The translations under genes and the position numbers were made by a program. A stretch of DNA of 63,927 nt, counting the filler, from Choristocarpus tenellus KU-1152 (taxonomy: Eukaryota > Protista > Phaeophyceae), in the NCBI GenBank assembly GCA_964200185.2. It is 11 parts of 11 records of this genome, joined end to end, with 100 filler letters (N's around TTAATTAATTAA, not from the genome) between each part and the next. Parts side by side here need not be neighbours in the genome. Positions count along the whole stretch, not along the records: positions 35,361 to 45,060 come from CAXNAD020003465.1; positions 45,161 to 49,544 come from CAXNAD020014800.1; 9 more parts are not named here. One strand, 5' to 3'. Below the pieces are notes generated by a model. It was given only the letters and a program-made list of their open reading frames with translations. It was not told the DNA's origin and ran no database searches. Below, piece after piece: positions 36,729 through 49,500 of this stretch. Positions within the stretch are counted from its first letter, which is position 1, and each line of letters opens with the position of its first letter.

Positions 36729-39700
36729 GCAAGAGCTGGAAGAGGCTCACCAGAGGGAGGAGAAGATGACCCAAGAGATGACATCTGCAGCAGAGCTTCA
36801 CCAGTGCCAACTAGAGGACAAAGAACTGGAAGCAGAACTTGAGTTGAGGTACATTGAATGTAGTAGCACATTGGGTGGTGTTTCTAGATGATGTCAAGTG
36901 TCTTTGTGCAGCAGTGGTGTGGTGCTCTGTAGTGCTATTGGCATGAAGGGTAAGGCTCTAGAGCACTATCAACTCTCAGTTTTTTTTTGGCAAGTAATGG
37001 TCACCACTGTACTGATAGAAGTGTCGTGTCCTGTGCTTGCTTTGATGCTACAAGTACATGGTACCTACAAGTATAGTACCTAGAAGTGAAGGGTTAGAAC
37101 ATGTCAAGAACCGAGTATATATGTATGTATGTATGTATATATGTATGTATGTATGTATATATGTATGTATGTATATACATATATGTATATATGTGTTATA
37201 TATGTATGTATGATGTATGTATGTATGTATGTATGTATGTATGTATGTGTGTCTTAGTATCATGAATCTCTAACGGATGTCTGCTGTGACCACCATGGGA
37301 GTGGTCCTCAGTATGGTGGTTGGAAAGTGACCTTTCTGGACTCTAGCCTTGTGGAGGCTGTTCAAATAATAATAATATGTGACTGTGGTAAAGTAGTGTG
37401 GTGAATGCACTGTGCTAATTTTGAATACAAATACCTCAAAATGCCACTAGCAACAGTAGGCTAGTCTAGACTAGACCCAACAAATACTCCAAAATGCCTG
37501 TGTGTCACTGTTATAAATAAAAATAATGATACTGGAAATAATAAAAATAATTTAGTTTGTAGGGTTCATTCTGCCATTGTAGTATCATATGATTAGTATG
37601 CTCTAGTTACTAATAACCCTAACCCTAACCCTTTCATTGTGTCCATCGCAGCACTTCCTGGTACTGGTGCTATTGTATGCTATCAAAAATAGACCATATT
37701 TTTGTTTTTACAAGTCTTTCTACAACCATTAGTACCATGATGAGTACTGTGGTCATTGCTGGTGGTATTGAGTTGTTAATGTAGTTCTGATAAAGTAAGA
37801 GAAAAAGTGTTCTGAATAGAATTTGTTGGTTCTTTTGAAAAAAGTGTTTTTACATGTATCCATTCTCTGACAGATTCAATTCAAGCAGTTGAACCTGCTC
37901 TAATAATCTCTGTTCCAGGTGTTACAATATCAATATTGGAATATTACTGTTAGGGAATATCAATATTGAAATATCGATATTCCAATTTTACTGTTAGGGA
38001 ATATTAACTGCATGGTTCTCACTTGTCCCTTGCCTTCTTTGTGTTGAATCAAGCAGCCTCCTGAATGATGTTTCCAAATACCTATTGATGACAACGCAAG
38101 ATTATGTTTATTATTATTATTTTTATTACTACTATTTTTATATATACATGTTTACAAATACCCGTTGACGACAACACAAGATTATGTTTATTATTATTAT
38201 TATTATTTATTTTATATATACATTTTTTGGTTGAGTGGGTTAGTTTGCTAGAGATTGCTGGTTTGTTCCGTCTTGTCGTGTGCCTTGTACAGTTTGTTTG
38301 CAGCAACTTCATTTTATTTCATTTTTATTTTATCACTTCCTCTCCTGTGGTTTTTAATATTTATTGTTATTGTTATTGCTATTGTTATTGCTGTCAGGGA
38401 GTTGGAAAGGATGTCCAAGAAGAAGTCTGAAAGAGTCATCAACAGGGCAGAGGGAAAGGTGCGATAACTGCCCTCATTTACTCTTATGCAAGTGATTAAT
38501 GTCCACATTCATTGATGTCCCCACAAGGGTTAGGGTTAGTGATTAATGTTTCCATGGTTCAATATTTAGGATTGATTTTTGATTGATTTTTGTCCCTGTT
38601 AGGTTAGTATTAGTGATTAATATCCCCGTTAGGTTAAATATTGTTGAGTGTTTGTTACCAAGTACTGTTCAAAAGTACGCAACACTATCCTTTTTTTGAA
38701 GTCTCTGGTCTCTCCTAAGCTTCCACTATCTAAGGCTAGGTAATGTTAGGGTTTGATTTTTTTTTTTGTGATGTGCGATGTGTGATGTCACCATTTCATT
38801 TTGGATCTTCAAAAAATAAATATTTGTGTGATTCTTCTTAAGTTTTTGATTCTGTTTCTCCTCTTGTTCTATACTGATTATTGACTGTTAATTATTGACT
38901 GTTGACTGTTGACAGGTTATTGTGAGGGTGCGAGATCTAGAGTCTCGATTAGACTTTGCTGAAAACATACTGAGGGTTAGGGTAAAGACATTGGAGACAA
39001 GGGCAGAAGAGGACAAGAAACGACGGAAGGTCATTGCTGGTCAACTGAAGGTGTGTGTCAGGTGAAGGTACTGTTTCAAGTCAATGTGTGTGATGATGGA
39101 AGGTATGTGGTGTATGATGTCTTACTGTTTTAATCGAATTATATTCTTATCTAATGATATTGATATCTAATGATATTCTTATCTAATGATATTCTTATCT
39201 AATGATATTCTTATCTAATGATATTGATATCTAATGATATTGATATCTAATGATATTGCTTAGCTCTACCTGCGAATCAAGAGGGTGGAAAGTGCATGGC
39301 TGTCCTAATCTAATGAGTGCTCTTGGGTTAGTTATAGTTGAGGATATTTTCTTTAATATATACATACTATGATGGCTTGTGTGTCTATGTGTGATGATAT
39401 ATTTTGTCACCGAGTAGTGTGTGTATGAGTTGTTAGTTGACTGGTCATTGTCATTGATGGAGGGTGGATGCTTATTATCTTGACTACACTCCCTCTATTG
39501 GTGTTCTCATGAGTGTTGAGAGTTTTATACACATTAGACAATTCATGATTTAAGTGTTGATTTAACTTATTTCTGTTCCGCCAATCATAAGACAAATGAT
39601 TTGTGCACTGTGTATTTGTATGTGAAGGTTGAAGGAGTGGTGAAGATGTAAATATTGTTTTTACCAAGAGTGTTGTGCCACAAATCATGTACTGAGTACA

Positions 39701-41962
39701 CCTCTATGTTGAGGAATGATGCACAAGTCCTGATTTGTCAATATAATCAACCATGTTGGTTAGAATTTATAAACAGTTTGTATGTTGTATGTGGAGAGGA
39801 GAAAATAGTTTACTGGTGAGATCCGTCCCTACCTCATCTTCACATACCAATCTCATGTGTTGATTTGACAGTGGTGAAGAACAATCATGTACAAATCAAA
39901 TCTTTGTTTACTATCAATGCTGTAATTACTACTAGTACTGTATGTAATTACTATTAGTATTGTATGTAGTTACTAGTAGTACTTATGTAATTACTACTAG
40001 AACTGTATGCAATTACTGCTAGTTTTGTATATAAGTACTACCAGTACTGTATTTAGTTACTGCTATTATTTATGTAGTTACTACAAATACTGTAAGTACT
40101 ACTAGTAATTTATTTAGTTAGGTAGAGTCTGTACTTGGTTCTATTGTTATTCCATAATGTATTTATATTAATATTACTATTTTCACCCTCCTTTCTAAGT
40201 GGGCAGATTGTGTAAGCTTGTCCAGTAGGGTACTGTGTCACATGACGTTGTCTGTAGCCTGTCATGTCCCGAGGTTTAATCATACCTATTGGGCTTACCC
40301 TTAACTTGTATTTGTTGCAAACATGTACCCATGTATTGATATCTTAGTCCCTGCATATCGCATATGATACCACCACTACTGAACCAAAACATGAACCTGT
40401 ACTTGTTGCCACCACTAAATCATATCAACTGAATTAAATGACTAAATCACAACTAAATCATGTCAACTAAATCACAACTACATCATATCAACTGATTATA
40501 TGCAAATGATTAGGTGGTACCACCTTTGCAGAACTAAAACATGTACAAAATGATTAGGTGATACAAATAAGTCGAGCTGCATCCCTCCCTAATGATTTAT
40601 GGTTGTGAGCACAAATTGTACAGATCACAACCTATGATTTATCAACATCTCAGCATGTTGTTGGAAGATGAAGATTTGTTACACACCAATCTCTCTTGGG
40701 AAATACGGCTGAAAGGGGTACCAATGTGGTATGAGAATGTGGTATGATTGGGATCCACAATGAGAGAGGATGTTAACACTCTCAAGTCTTTTGATTTGTT
40801 GAGGATGTTCCCCTACGTGGATAATTTCGATTTTGTGGAAGAAACGACGAATGATTTGTCACAAATTGATTTGTATGCCATGATTAAGATCTGATTAGAT
40901 TGATTTCGTTTTGTGGAATATGTTTACGTCTAGTTTTATGATAAGTATATTCTGAGTTGAGGCAGTCGTGAGATTAATCATTTATGAGTACATTCTAAGC
41001 TGATGCAATTATAAAATCAATCGTCTATGAGGACATTCTAAGTTGAGGCAATCAAAGGGTCAATCTATTTATGAGTACGTTCTAAGCTGATGCAATCATA
41101 TAACTTGATGTACTAATTGATGGTAATGTGGTCAGTTGTGATCAACTTTTAAAAAATCGCATGGTGTGCGTGTGCTCGGGAAAAAATAAACCAATTGAAA
41201 ATTTTCGTTGGAATTTTTGTTTTTGATTTTATTTGACTTTTATAATGGACTTCACTTAATAACAACTGTGTAGATCAATCACAATAGCAACAACTGTGTA
41301 CATCTATCACACTTAATAGCAACCGTGTACATCGATCACACTTAATAACAACCGTGTACATCAATCACATTTAATAGCAACTGTGTACATCAATCACACT
41401 TAATGACAACTGGACCTCTTTTCCTGTAGTACTTAACTTTCAAGAGTGTTAATTTTCCGACATCTAAATTTGAGTGTTGATTGAGCATACTATGCCGCAG
41501 TACTCTGTGACTACTAAACCTATCAATGCCTGGATAAGTACGCTTACCTGGTGTGTAAACCCCGAGAGAGGTATTATACTATGCTTCGAAGGAGAAGATA
41601 CGCCTATTGGTAATCTCCTCTGTTCCCAGCCTACACAACATGTCAAGTACACCATCTTGATGTCCTGCTGCACCATGTCCTTGTCTTGTCTTGTCTTGTC
41701 TTGTCTTGTTGTTGTTCTTGTTGTTGTTCTTGTTTCCATGTTCTTGTTTCCATGTTCTTGTTTCCATGTTCTTGTTCTTGTTCTTGTTTCCATGTTCTTG
41801 TTCTTGTTGTTCTTGTTGTTGTTCTTGTTTCCATGTTCTTGTTGTTGTTGTTGTTCTTGTTCTTGTTCTTGTTTCCATGTTCTTGTTGTTGTTGTTGTTG
41901 TTGTTGTTCTTGTTCTTGTTCTTGTTTCCATGTTCTTGTTGTTGTTCTTGTTCTTGTTGTTC

Positions 41963-41994
<32 letters not shown>

Positions 41995-44900
41995 CTTGTT
42001 CTTGTTTCCATGTTGTTAATGCGGTGTTTCAATAGACCATGCATGCTGCTGTAAACCGATTAAGACCTGTCCGTCATCAAAGGGGTCACCAGCGTGCCTG
42101 CTCATGGGATTCAAGCCCCTTAGACACTTACCTGAGGAGGACGGAGGTGGGTGGTCTGTTTTGTTCTGACTATAGACACAATAGCGACCCAATAGAATGT
42201 ATTTATTTAGGAGGAGGGTAGAGCCACGTCTGTTTGGGATCATGAATCCAGTGTTGTGATTTTGATGAGTTACGGTTATCGTGTTTGTTAGGAAGTGTCA
42301 ATATCCTTGTTCCGGACACACCTTTTCATAACAGTTACATTTTATGTAACTGTCTGCGTCCAATCACAAAGACGAAAGAGGGCATTATATAACCGTGGGG
42401 AAGTCAGGGCACAAACAGACAAACAGGACAAACAGGACAAAACTCCTACCCTCCTCTCTAAGTGTTTTGACTCTAGAGTATGTATTATGTGTGTATGTAT
42501 GTATTTATGTATGTGTAGTATGAAGTGTGTAGTATGTAGTGTGTAGTTAGTATATTATGTGTAAAATAAATATGGTGACGCTTCAGAGATACTTAGCAAG
42601 CTGTTGTTATTGCTATTTTGGCATGATTGCATGATTGTGTGCTGTGTGATCAAGTGTGCAATGTGGAGGGTGTTGTGACTGGACTGGACATGGACATGGA
42701 CATGGACATGTTTGACATGTGTTATTTAGCTGTTGAGTGTACCAAAGAAGGGTGCTTGAACCCTTATTGCAATTTGTGTTCCAACTAGTTGTGTTGTATA
42801 CCCAAGGAGTTTTTCCATTAAATCTCTCTGTTGGCGTGTGAGAGTGCTTAGGGTTAGGGTTGGGTGACTGTACAGTGATTGTACAGTGATTGTACAGTCC
42901 CTCGTTGAAAGAGGTGCTATTTCCAGCAGTCATCGCATTTCAAAGTGTTTTCCACCTGCAAGATAGGTGATAGGTGGACTGCTGACAACAATGTTTTCCG
43001 ATTGAGATGAACCAGTCAACCAATAACAAGTTTATGTCCCGTCCCGTCCCGTCCCCCCATCCCCCCATCCCAACTGTCACGCTCTCCAACCCCCAACTTA
43101 AAAAAAAATCTCATTCTGATTATGGAACTGATCGACGCGCCTCCCATGATAATTATATAGGATGCCATGGGCGATAGTATTGGTGGGGGAGGGATGGAGT
43201 GGTGTAATGATGGTAGGGAGAGGTCTAAGAATGATCAGCAGGTATCATCTCCCCAGATTGTTGCCCAAGAGGGAGATGTGGCCCTGAAGGATAATGTACT
43301 GACATTGCAGTCAGATGTGCAGCAGACACAGGCTTTGGTTTCAGAGGTATGGTCAGATTCTATGGGGGAAGGATTGGTGGCTACAGAACGTGAGGGGGTG
43401 TCTGGGACTGGCTCTGGGGCATTGGAAGTGGGGGAGGTAGAAGGAGGGAAGGAGGATAATGTCCAGTGTGGAAAGGCTGGAGGAGAAGAGGTGCAGGTGA
43501 TGTCATGTGCTAAGTTCAACAGTATTATGTTGTTCCTGACAACTGCACTTGTGCTATAGTGGTCTCGTAGGCAACATTTTTTTTTTCTAGGTTAGGGTTA
43601 GGGTTAGTATTAGTTGGTGTTCTAGTTGAAGACATTTCTGTTACTTGAATGGCATTTTGATGTGTTAGTGTATTGATCGTGAATGTTTCCAACAACACAA
43701 CGCCTGATCATTCTCATTTTTGTTTCTCCCTCCCTGCCACTTGTAAGACAACTTGTAAGACCTTTACTTGTGAGATCTTTCCAAGGCCGTTTGTTTTGAA
43801 TGTAGTTGATAGTTGATAGGTGATAGGTGTTGGCAGATTACAAATAGGTGTGATTTAACAGAGCAGCCTATCTATAGTGTAAGTAGACTAGGTAGTTGTA
43901 TGGTGCTATATAGTTGATTCTGTTATTACTGTGACCTGCAGAGGTTCCCTCGCTTGCTGTATCAGAACTAGAACTGTACCCAAAGCTCAATATGGTAGAG
44001 TGGATAATGATTTAAGGTATTATTGAGATAGTGATTTAAGGTATTATTAAGCTATTGTTGCAGGAGTAAAACGGCACTGATACTGGGCATTTATTGAAGT
44101 ATCTCTCCCCTTGATGGAATCGCCTTGAGTTGGTAAGTTTTTGGTGTTAGTGTGTTTTTTGTGTAGTGTCCTGCACACAGTTGTTTTTGGTATTAGTTGA
44201 TTGATTTTATCCCCTGATATATTACAAAGCTTACTGTGTTTCATGTATGCACTGCCCTTCTGCTATGTTTTTGGTTATTGTGGCTAGTAAGAATAGTAGG
44301 GTTTTGTGGTCTTCTACACAATTGTTCACCTTGATGATGTGTGACTCTCCTCCCAATTCAACCCTATCTCTCTATTAATATCAACACATTGTTGATAGTG
44401 CATTAGTAATAGCTAAACTCACAGCTGTGAGTTGTGAGATCTTCAATATGTGCATTCGATAAGTATACCTTGACTTTGATACCTTTTTCTTGACAAAAAC
44501 ATCCAACCTCCACATGGTCCTAACAATCTTCCATATCCTATAGTAGAATAGACAATCACTGTTGTTTTACTCACTACACAACCTACACTCAAGAGACCCT
44601 AACACTAATTCCAACCCCATTACTGCTGGGAATAGGGCCACACCTCATCACGTTGGTACTGTTAGTTACTATGTGGTACAGGTACAGGGTATTGAATATA
44701 GTCCCAATAGAGCTAGTTCCTGGTTAAGTACAGGGTATTGAATATAGTCCCAATAGAGCTAGTTCCTGGTTAAGTACAGGGTTCGAGTTTGGCTATGATA
44801 AGTGATGTACACTGATAGCAAAGGTTTGAGACCTCTTAGTGCACTGAATTCATTGTAATGTTTATTTTCTGCAGACTTTTGAATCCTCAGACAAGCCCCC

Positions 44901-45060
44901 CCCCCCCTCCTCCCTCCTTTGATCTCATGTACAGGACCAAACACCTCGAACTATAGGCAGTGGTTATGATGATGACCAAAGCCAGGCTAGAACTGAAGAC
45001 TTGACTAGGGGTGGGGCTGGGGGAAGGGACCAGGTGAAGGATGAGGGGGATCATGCACAG
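36729..45060 (+). CDS. Coiled-coil / low-complexity protein, five internal exons
   Basis: Phase-consistent GT-AG exons 36729-36848 (QELEEAHQREEKMTQEM...), 38398-38458, 38916-39050 (VIVRVRDLESRLDFAENILRVRVKTLE...), 43161-43496 and 44935 to contig end. Confidence 0.7.
37116..37250. repeat. (TATG)n / (TA)n microsatellite
   Basis: Read directly from the sequence. Confidence 0.95.
39141..39258. repeat. 14/16-bp tandem repeat
   Basis: ATCTAATGATATT(G/CTT) units. Confidence 0.9.
39920..40120. repeat. Degenerate ~23-bp tandem repeat
   Basis: TGTAATTACTACTAGTACTGTA-like units. Confidence 0.8.
41253..41412. repeat. ~29-bp tandem repeat
   Basis: CACTTAATA(G/A)CAAC(C/T)GTGTACATCAATCA units, 5-6 copies. 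Confidence 0.88.
41678..42016. repeat. Compound microsatellite (CTTGT / TTG / TTC / TTTCCATG)
   Basis: Read directly; it is the source of several spurious long ORFs. Confidence 0.95.
42186..42473. mobile_element. Old, diverged MITE family A copy
   Basis: Interior GTGTTTGTTAGGAAGTGTCAATATCCTTGTTCCGGACACACCTTTTCATAAC; degenerate TIR ending CTCTAAGTGTTTTGACTC. Confidence 0.8.
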
Positions 45061-45160
45061 NNNNNNNNNNNNNNNNNNNNNNNNNNNNNNNNNNNNNNNN
45101 NNNNTTAATTAATTAANNNNNNNNNNNNNNNNNNNNNNNNNNNNNNNNNNNNNNNNNNNN

Positions 45161-47237
45161 TGGGGTTGAGTCACCTCAACATGAACATCAATGTTGGACT
45201 TGGCTCTGCGGCGGGGGTGGACGGTGGAGAGGCAATGAGCGACTCGGGTCCTAGGTCTTCCTCGCCATTGGTACGTCCGTTGGTTTCCTCAGAGGTGGCT
45301 AATGAGTGTTATTCGGCCCATGGTCAGGTTTAGTTTCTAAGATGGCCACCATATGGTCAGTTTTGATGAATCCGATGTCCCTACTCATTGAGTACCTCAA
45401 CATCCCTGCTGAAATGTGTGAAGAGGGTCTGTGGGCCGTTAAAACTTTTCTTGCTGCTCCGAGCACACCTTCTCTGACTCCTATTCTACCCTGCCAAATA
45501 ACACAACGGAAAAATAGTTTGTCACGAGGTTGCGCTTGTACACCTCTCTAACTGTGCAATAGGCCGCAAACCACGAAATACCCGACCCTTATACCAATGT
45601 ACGTTTCCCTCTGCTATGTGTTAACCTTCATTACTGATTTCGAGTTAGAGCCGAAGAATGCTAGCACTGATAATGAAGAAACAGTGAAGCTAATCCCTCT
45701 CTCCCTCGCTGCATACCTTTCTCTTCTACAGGGAACGTATGTCAACGCCAACGGGATCACTCGCGCGCCATCTCGCTCCTCGAACTACGATTCAGCTCCT
45801 CAGTCCAGGGAGCCTGTGGGCGTGAGTAGCGGCTTCCTCGCTGCTTCCGCAATGGTTTCATCTGCGGCGTCATCCACTCTTGCCTCGTCGATGGGTGGTG
45901 ATCAGGCTTGGGGGGGGCAAGGGGAGGGGCAGGAGAAAGGACTCGGGGTGTTAGGAGGCAGGGTCCTCGACCACGCCTTTACAGGCGCTACCCTGCAGCG
46001 CTCCAGCTCCGCGCCGCCCATGTCGGACCACGTAAGCTGGAAGGGGCTATTCGTGCTTGTCTGTTGGTTGGTTGTTGCTTAATGGCGCCCTTGGTTGTCA
46101 TGAAGGCTCTCATACTTGGACAGTATTGCCTTCCATAGGGTAAATGGTGACTTCGTCTTGAAGGTGTATAGGGTATTCAATGTGATGAATTTCTGTTGAA
46201 GAGTTAAGTGGTAGAGCTATGGTTATGTGGTTAGTGGGATAGGGTTGGCCATTTGTTGACACACGCTGGTAGTTGCGTTGGTGGGAGTGATTGTAATTGT
46301 TCGAGGAAGCTGGGTATTGTCTTTTGAGCATTGCCAGAAATTAGGGGCAAGCACAGCTGCAAACGCCTCACAAGGCAATGGGTATATATAGCTGGCAATG
46401 AGAGCGAATCTCCGTGTTCATCGCCAGAAAATAGAGATATGATTATCAATTTTGGAACTTGTTCCGGTGGGTCATGTTTGAAACTGTTGCCAGCATTTAC
46501 CATTGTCATAACTCACAGAAAAATGTGGTATTCATTTTGGAGGTTAATTGAAAAAGTGTTGTGAGGGCGAGGTGGGTGGGTGGGCGTGACTGTGCTAAAA
46601 TGTAAATTGTTGAGTGGTGGCAGTGAATTTTAAAATTGGGAACTACTGTGTCACATGTCTACAGCAGGGTCTCGTCGCGATAGTTTTCAGAGAGATAGCT
46701 GATAGCAGTGTGATGATGTGTGACTGTTCTACACCTTGGAAATACGTCCGCAACACACACTTCCCTCACATTCTCCTCCTTGCTGTCATACTGCCTTCCA
46801 TTTTGAAACTCCTAGCTCGAAGAGTTCTGTGTTCGGCTGTCCTAACCAAGCCCTGTTGAAGCGACCTCAGGATCCCACTATCATCATCCCAAGCCTCCAC
46901 CTTCCTCTGACCTTTATCGTCAACCCTTGTTTGTTCACTCTTCTCTTTATTCTGTCTCAACATCGCATTGTTGTGATGGCCTTGGCATAACTTGGATACG
47001 TGCTTGTTACTGGATGCATCCCTTTGGAAACCTCTTTCTAAGCAGTCTGAAGCCTGGACACGACCAGTTCTTGCAGGCAGGACGGCCCTCCCACCACCGG
47101 CAGAGGGTGCTGCAACTGACAGTGATTACTACTATTATTACTACGCAAACCACAACATGAACCCACGCATACCACCTGCTGGCCGTGGGCTGGGGCAAGG
47201 GGGGGCTACATCTTTAGCTGTTTCGAGGGCTATGGCG
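45161..47237 (+). CDS. Pumilio/PUF-family RNA-binding protein, N-terminal region (partial)
   Basis: Phase-0 exons <45161-45270, 45732-46031 (LQRSSSAPP) and 47046-47237 (DYYYYYYANHNMNPRIPP). Both motifs mirror plant APUM1-6 RSGSAPP and YYYSNVNLNPRLPPP. The PUF repeats are not in this contig. Confidence 0.7.
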
Positions 47238-47263
47238 GTGAGTGTTTCTACAGTAATTCTTGA

Positions 47264-47527
47264 GAGTGACAGTATTGTAGAGGTTACGAGTTTTGCCATG
47301 TTTGTCCATTTGGGGCTTGGCTTTCCTCGGGGTTTTTATTGACATTTTTCTACTCAAAACATATTTCGGAGTAGGTACAATGTACACTTTTTGAAAATCG
47401 GTGTGGCGTCCGGAACAAGGATATTGACTGTTCCAAACAAACAAGATAGCCAAAATTACATCAGAATCGCAACATTGGGTTTTGGTCCCCAAATGGACGG
47501 GACTCTTCGGCTCTTGAGGGGGATACA
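47264..47527. mobile_element. MITE family A copy (degenerate right end)
   Basis: GAGTGACAGTATTGTAGAGGTTACGAGTTTTGCC...CCCAAATGGAC. Confidence 0.88.
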
Positions 47528-49446
47528 CTATGTTTTTTGTTTGCTAGCGGGGGGGTGGGGTAGTTGGTAGTGTTCACGTGATCAGAAATTTAGATTTTGG
47601 TGTTAGGGTTAGGGTTAGTTGAATGGGGTGAGCCCCAGGAGATTATAGAGTGAGTTATTGCAGTGGTTTTGAGGGTTAGGGAGTTAAGTGAATGGACATG
47701 GTGCTGGTATGGGCATGTTGTTGCTGTTGCTATTGGTATTGATAGTATTGTTTCTTTTCTCTATTTCCTTGTCAGAGCAGATGATGTTCTCAAGAGCTTG
47801 TGTTTGTGCTTTGCACTCAAGTTTTGCTTGTGAATGTAGACTCTTGTTAGTGGGTACATATTTGTAGGAAGTGAGGTTCATGTGTGTGTGTGTGTATGTG
47901 TGTATGTGTGTGTGTGTTCTCCCTTGCTTGCCTCGTTTCATTAAGAGAAGGGGGATGTAGGATAAGGGAGGCTGTTCCTGGGGGTATAATTTTTATGGCA
48001 TGAGGGTACGATCACACACTTCAGTGATTTTTTTTTTCTGGATATAGTTCATTTGAGTTGGTCAGTGGAAGGTGTCTTTTTTTCCCTTGATGCCTTGCCT
48101 TCAATGTTTCTGAAGGCAGTACTTCACCATTCACCTCCTTGTTTCTTGGCCATCGTGGGTTAGAGTGAAAACTCTACACCCTGCCTTGACAAAGGACCTT
48201 GATGCTCCATTGTGATTGTTGACCTTGGAACTGATTCAAAAGCTGTAAACATGTCATAGGTCTTGATGTGTCTTGGTGTAACTCTATAATTTGATGATTC
48301 AGTTGCAAGGTGTGTATCCCCTTGTGGATACACATTACTCTCTCTCTCTTCAGTAAAATATGTGAGCCGCTTGAGGTAATACCTTTTTAGTTGGCATTGT
48401 GGTATAGCTATGAAGACTTCATTGTGCTCTTATCTGACAAGACCTCCACGTCTTGTGGAAACCCCTCTTTTGCTGTCACGGTAGCATTTCGTGAGCTTTG
48501 CAGCTGTTGAAGGCCCGCCTAAGTCTCAGTATGAGGGAGGTACCATCATGGCAAAGAGTAGGTGTACTTATTTCTCATCCTGCCCCACCACACCACTCCA
48601 CAATGGTGCCACTATATGAACAATCGTTATTGGTGTGTGTTTGATCCACAGCCAATAAGTAAGGATCAAAGAATAATTATACTAAAGAATAATTATACTT
48701 TCATATAATATTACTGTTCCGTATCAGTTAAAACAGAACAGTTTGTGGGACTGAATATAAATGCGCAAGATGGTGAATCAGATTTTCACGATTCTTTTAT
48801 GAGACTTGCTATAGCCCACTATGAGGTATACCCTGAAATTTCAACAGTAGTTGATTTAGTCTACCATACCTTGCCGATATGGTGTTTATTACATCCCTAA
48901 CCTGTTTGAACTGATGCTGAACAGAGGAGACGTTTTGCAGTGGCAATGGAGTTTCCAGGGGAAATATGTGTCTCCCATTTGGCTCTGTGAAAATTGTAGC
49001 TACTGTAGTGGATGCAGGTCTCAAATCTTGCAGATGATTTTTTCTGTTTTTTTTGTTACTGTTGTCGGTCTTGACATTTTGCTGAATTCAGTGGTGTTGC
49101 TCGTGTGCATGGTCATTATGGTGTTAAGACGTTTGGGGTTTGACCTTTTGGTGTTTCAGAGCTGGCTATTTCCTTTTGAATTTTGATGTGGAATGAATGA
49201 TGTTGTTCCTTCCCACTATGGCTTCCGGTTGGTACTACCAGTGTAACTGTGTAGGCAAAGGGAGCAGGTGGTAAATTTTACACATTTTCATTTTTGGTCG
49301 ATGATGATCTTAAGAGGCATGTTGCCTTGATGCTTTGGATGTTGAGCAGTATGACATCTCACGTCCCCGCCTGGGGAAAATAAGAGTGAGTGTCGGGGGA
49401 GTGGGACAAAGGATCAGTTGTTTTGACTCGATGTAGGATTTAGACT

Positions 49447-49500
49447 GGCTCAAAGTATTGGGGGGGGGGGGGGGGGCTGACTTCCCTGTTGGGGGGACTT
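49447..49500. mobile_element. MITE-type left TIR near contig end
   Basis: GGCTCAAAGTATT followed by polyG. Confidence 0.55.

Noticed and set aside
41464-42054. Six overlapping long ORFs (poly-Q/T/V/C)
   Set aside because: They are translations of a stop-free compound microsatellite.
44677-44780. Short tandem duplications (also 36199-36297) as regulatory repeats
   Set aside because: These two-copy intronic duplications are adequately explained by slippage or repair.
48000-49050. Decayed gene or retroelement in the Pumilio intron
   Set aside because: There are some protein-like frames with stops, but no motif I can support.
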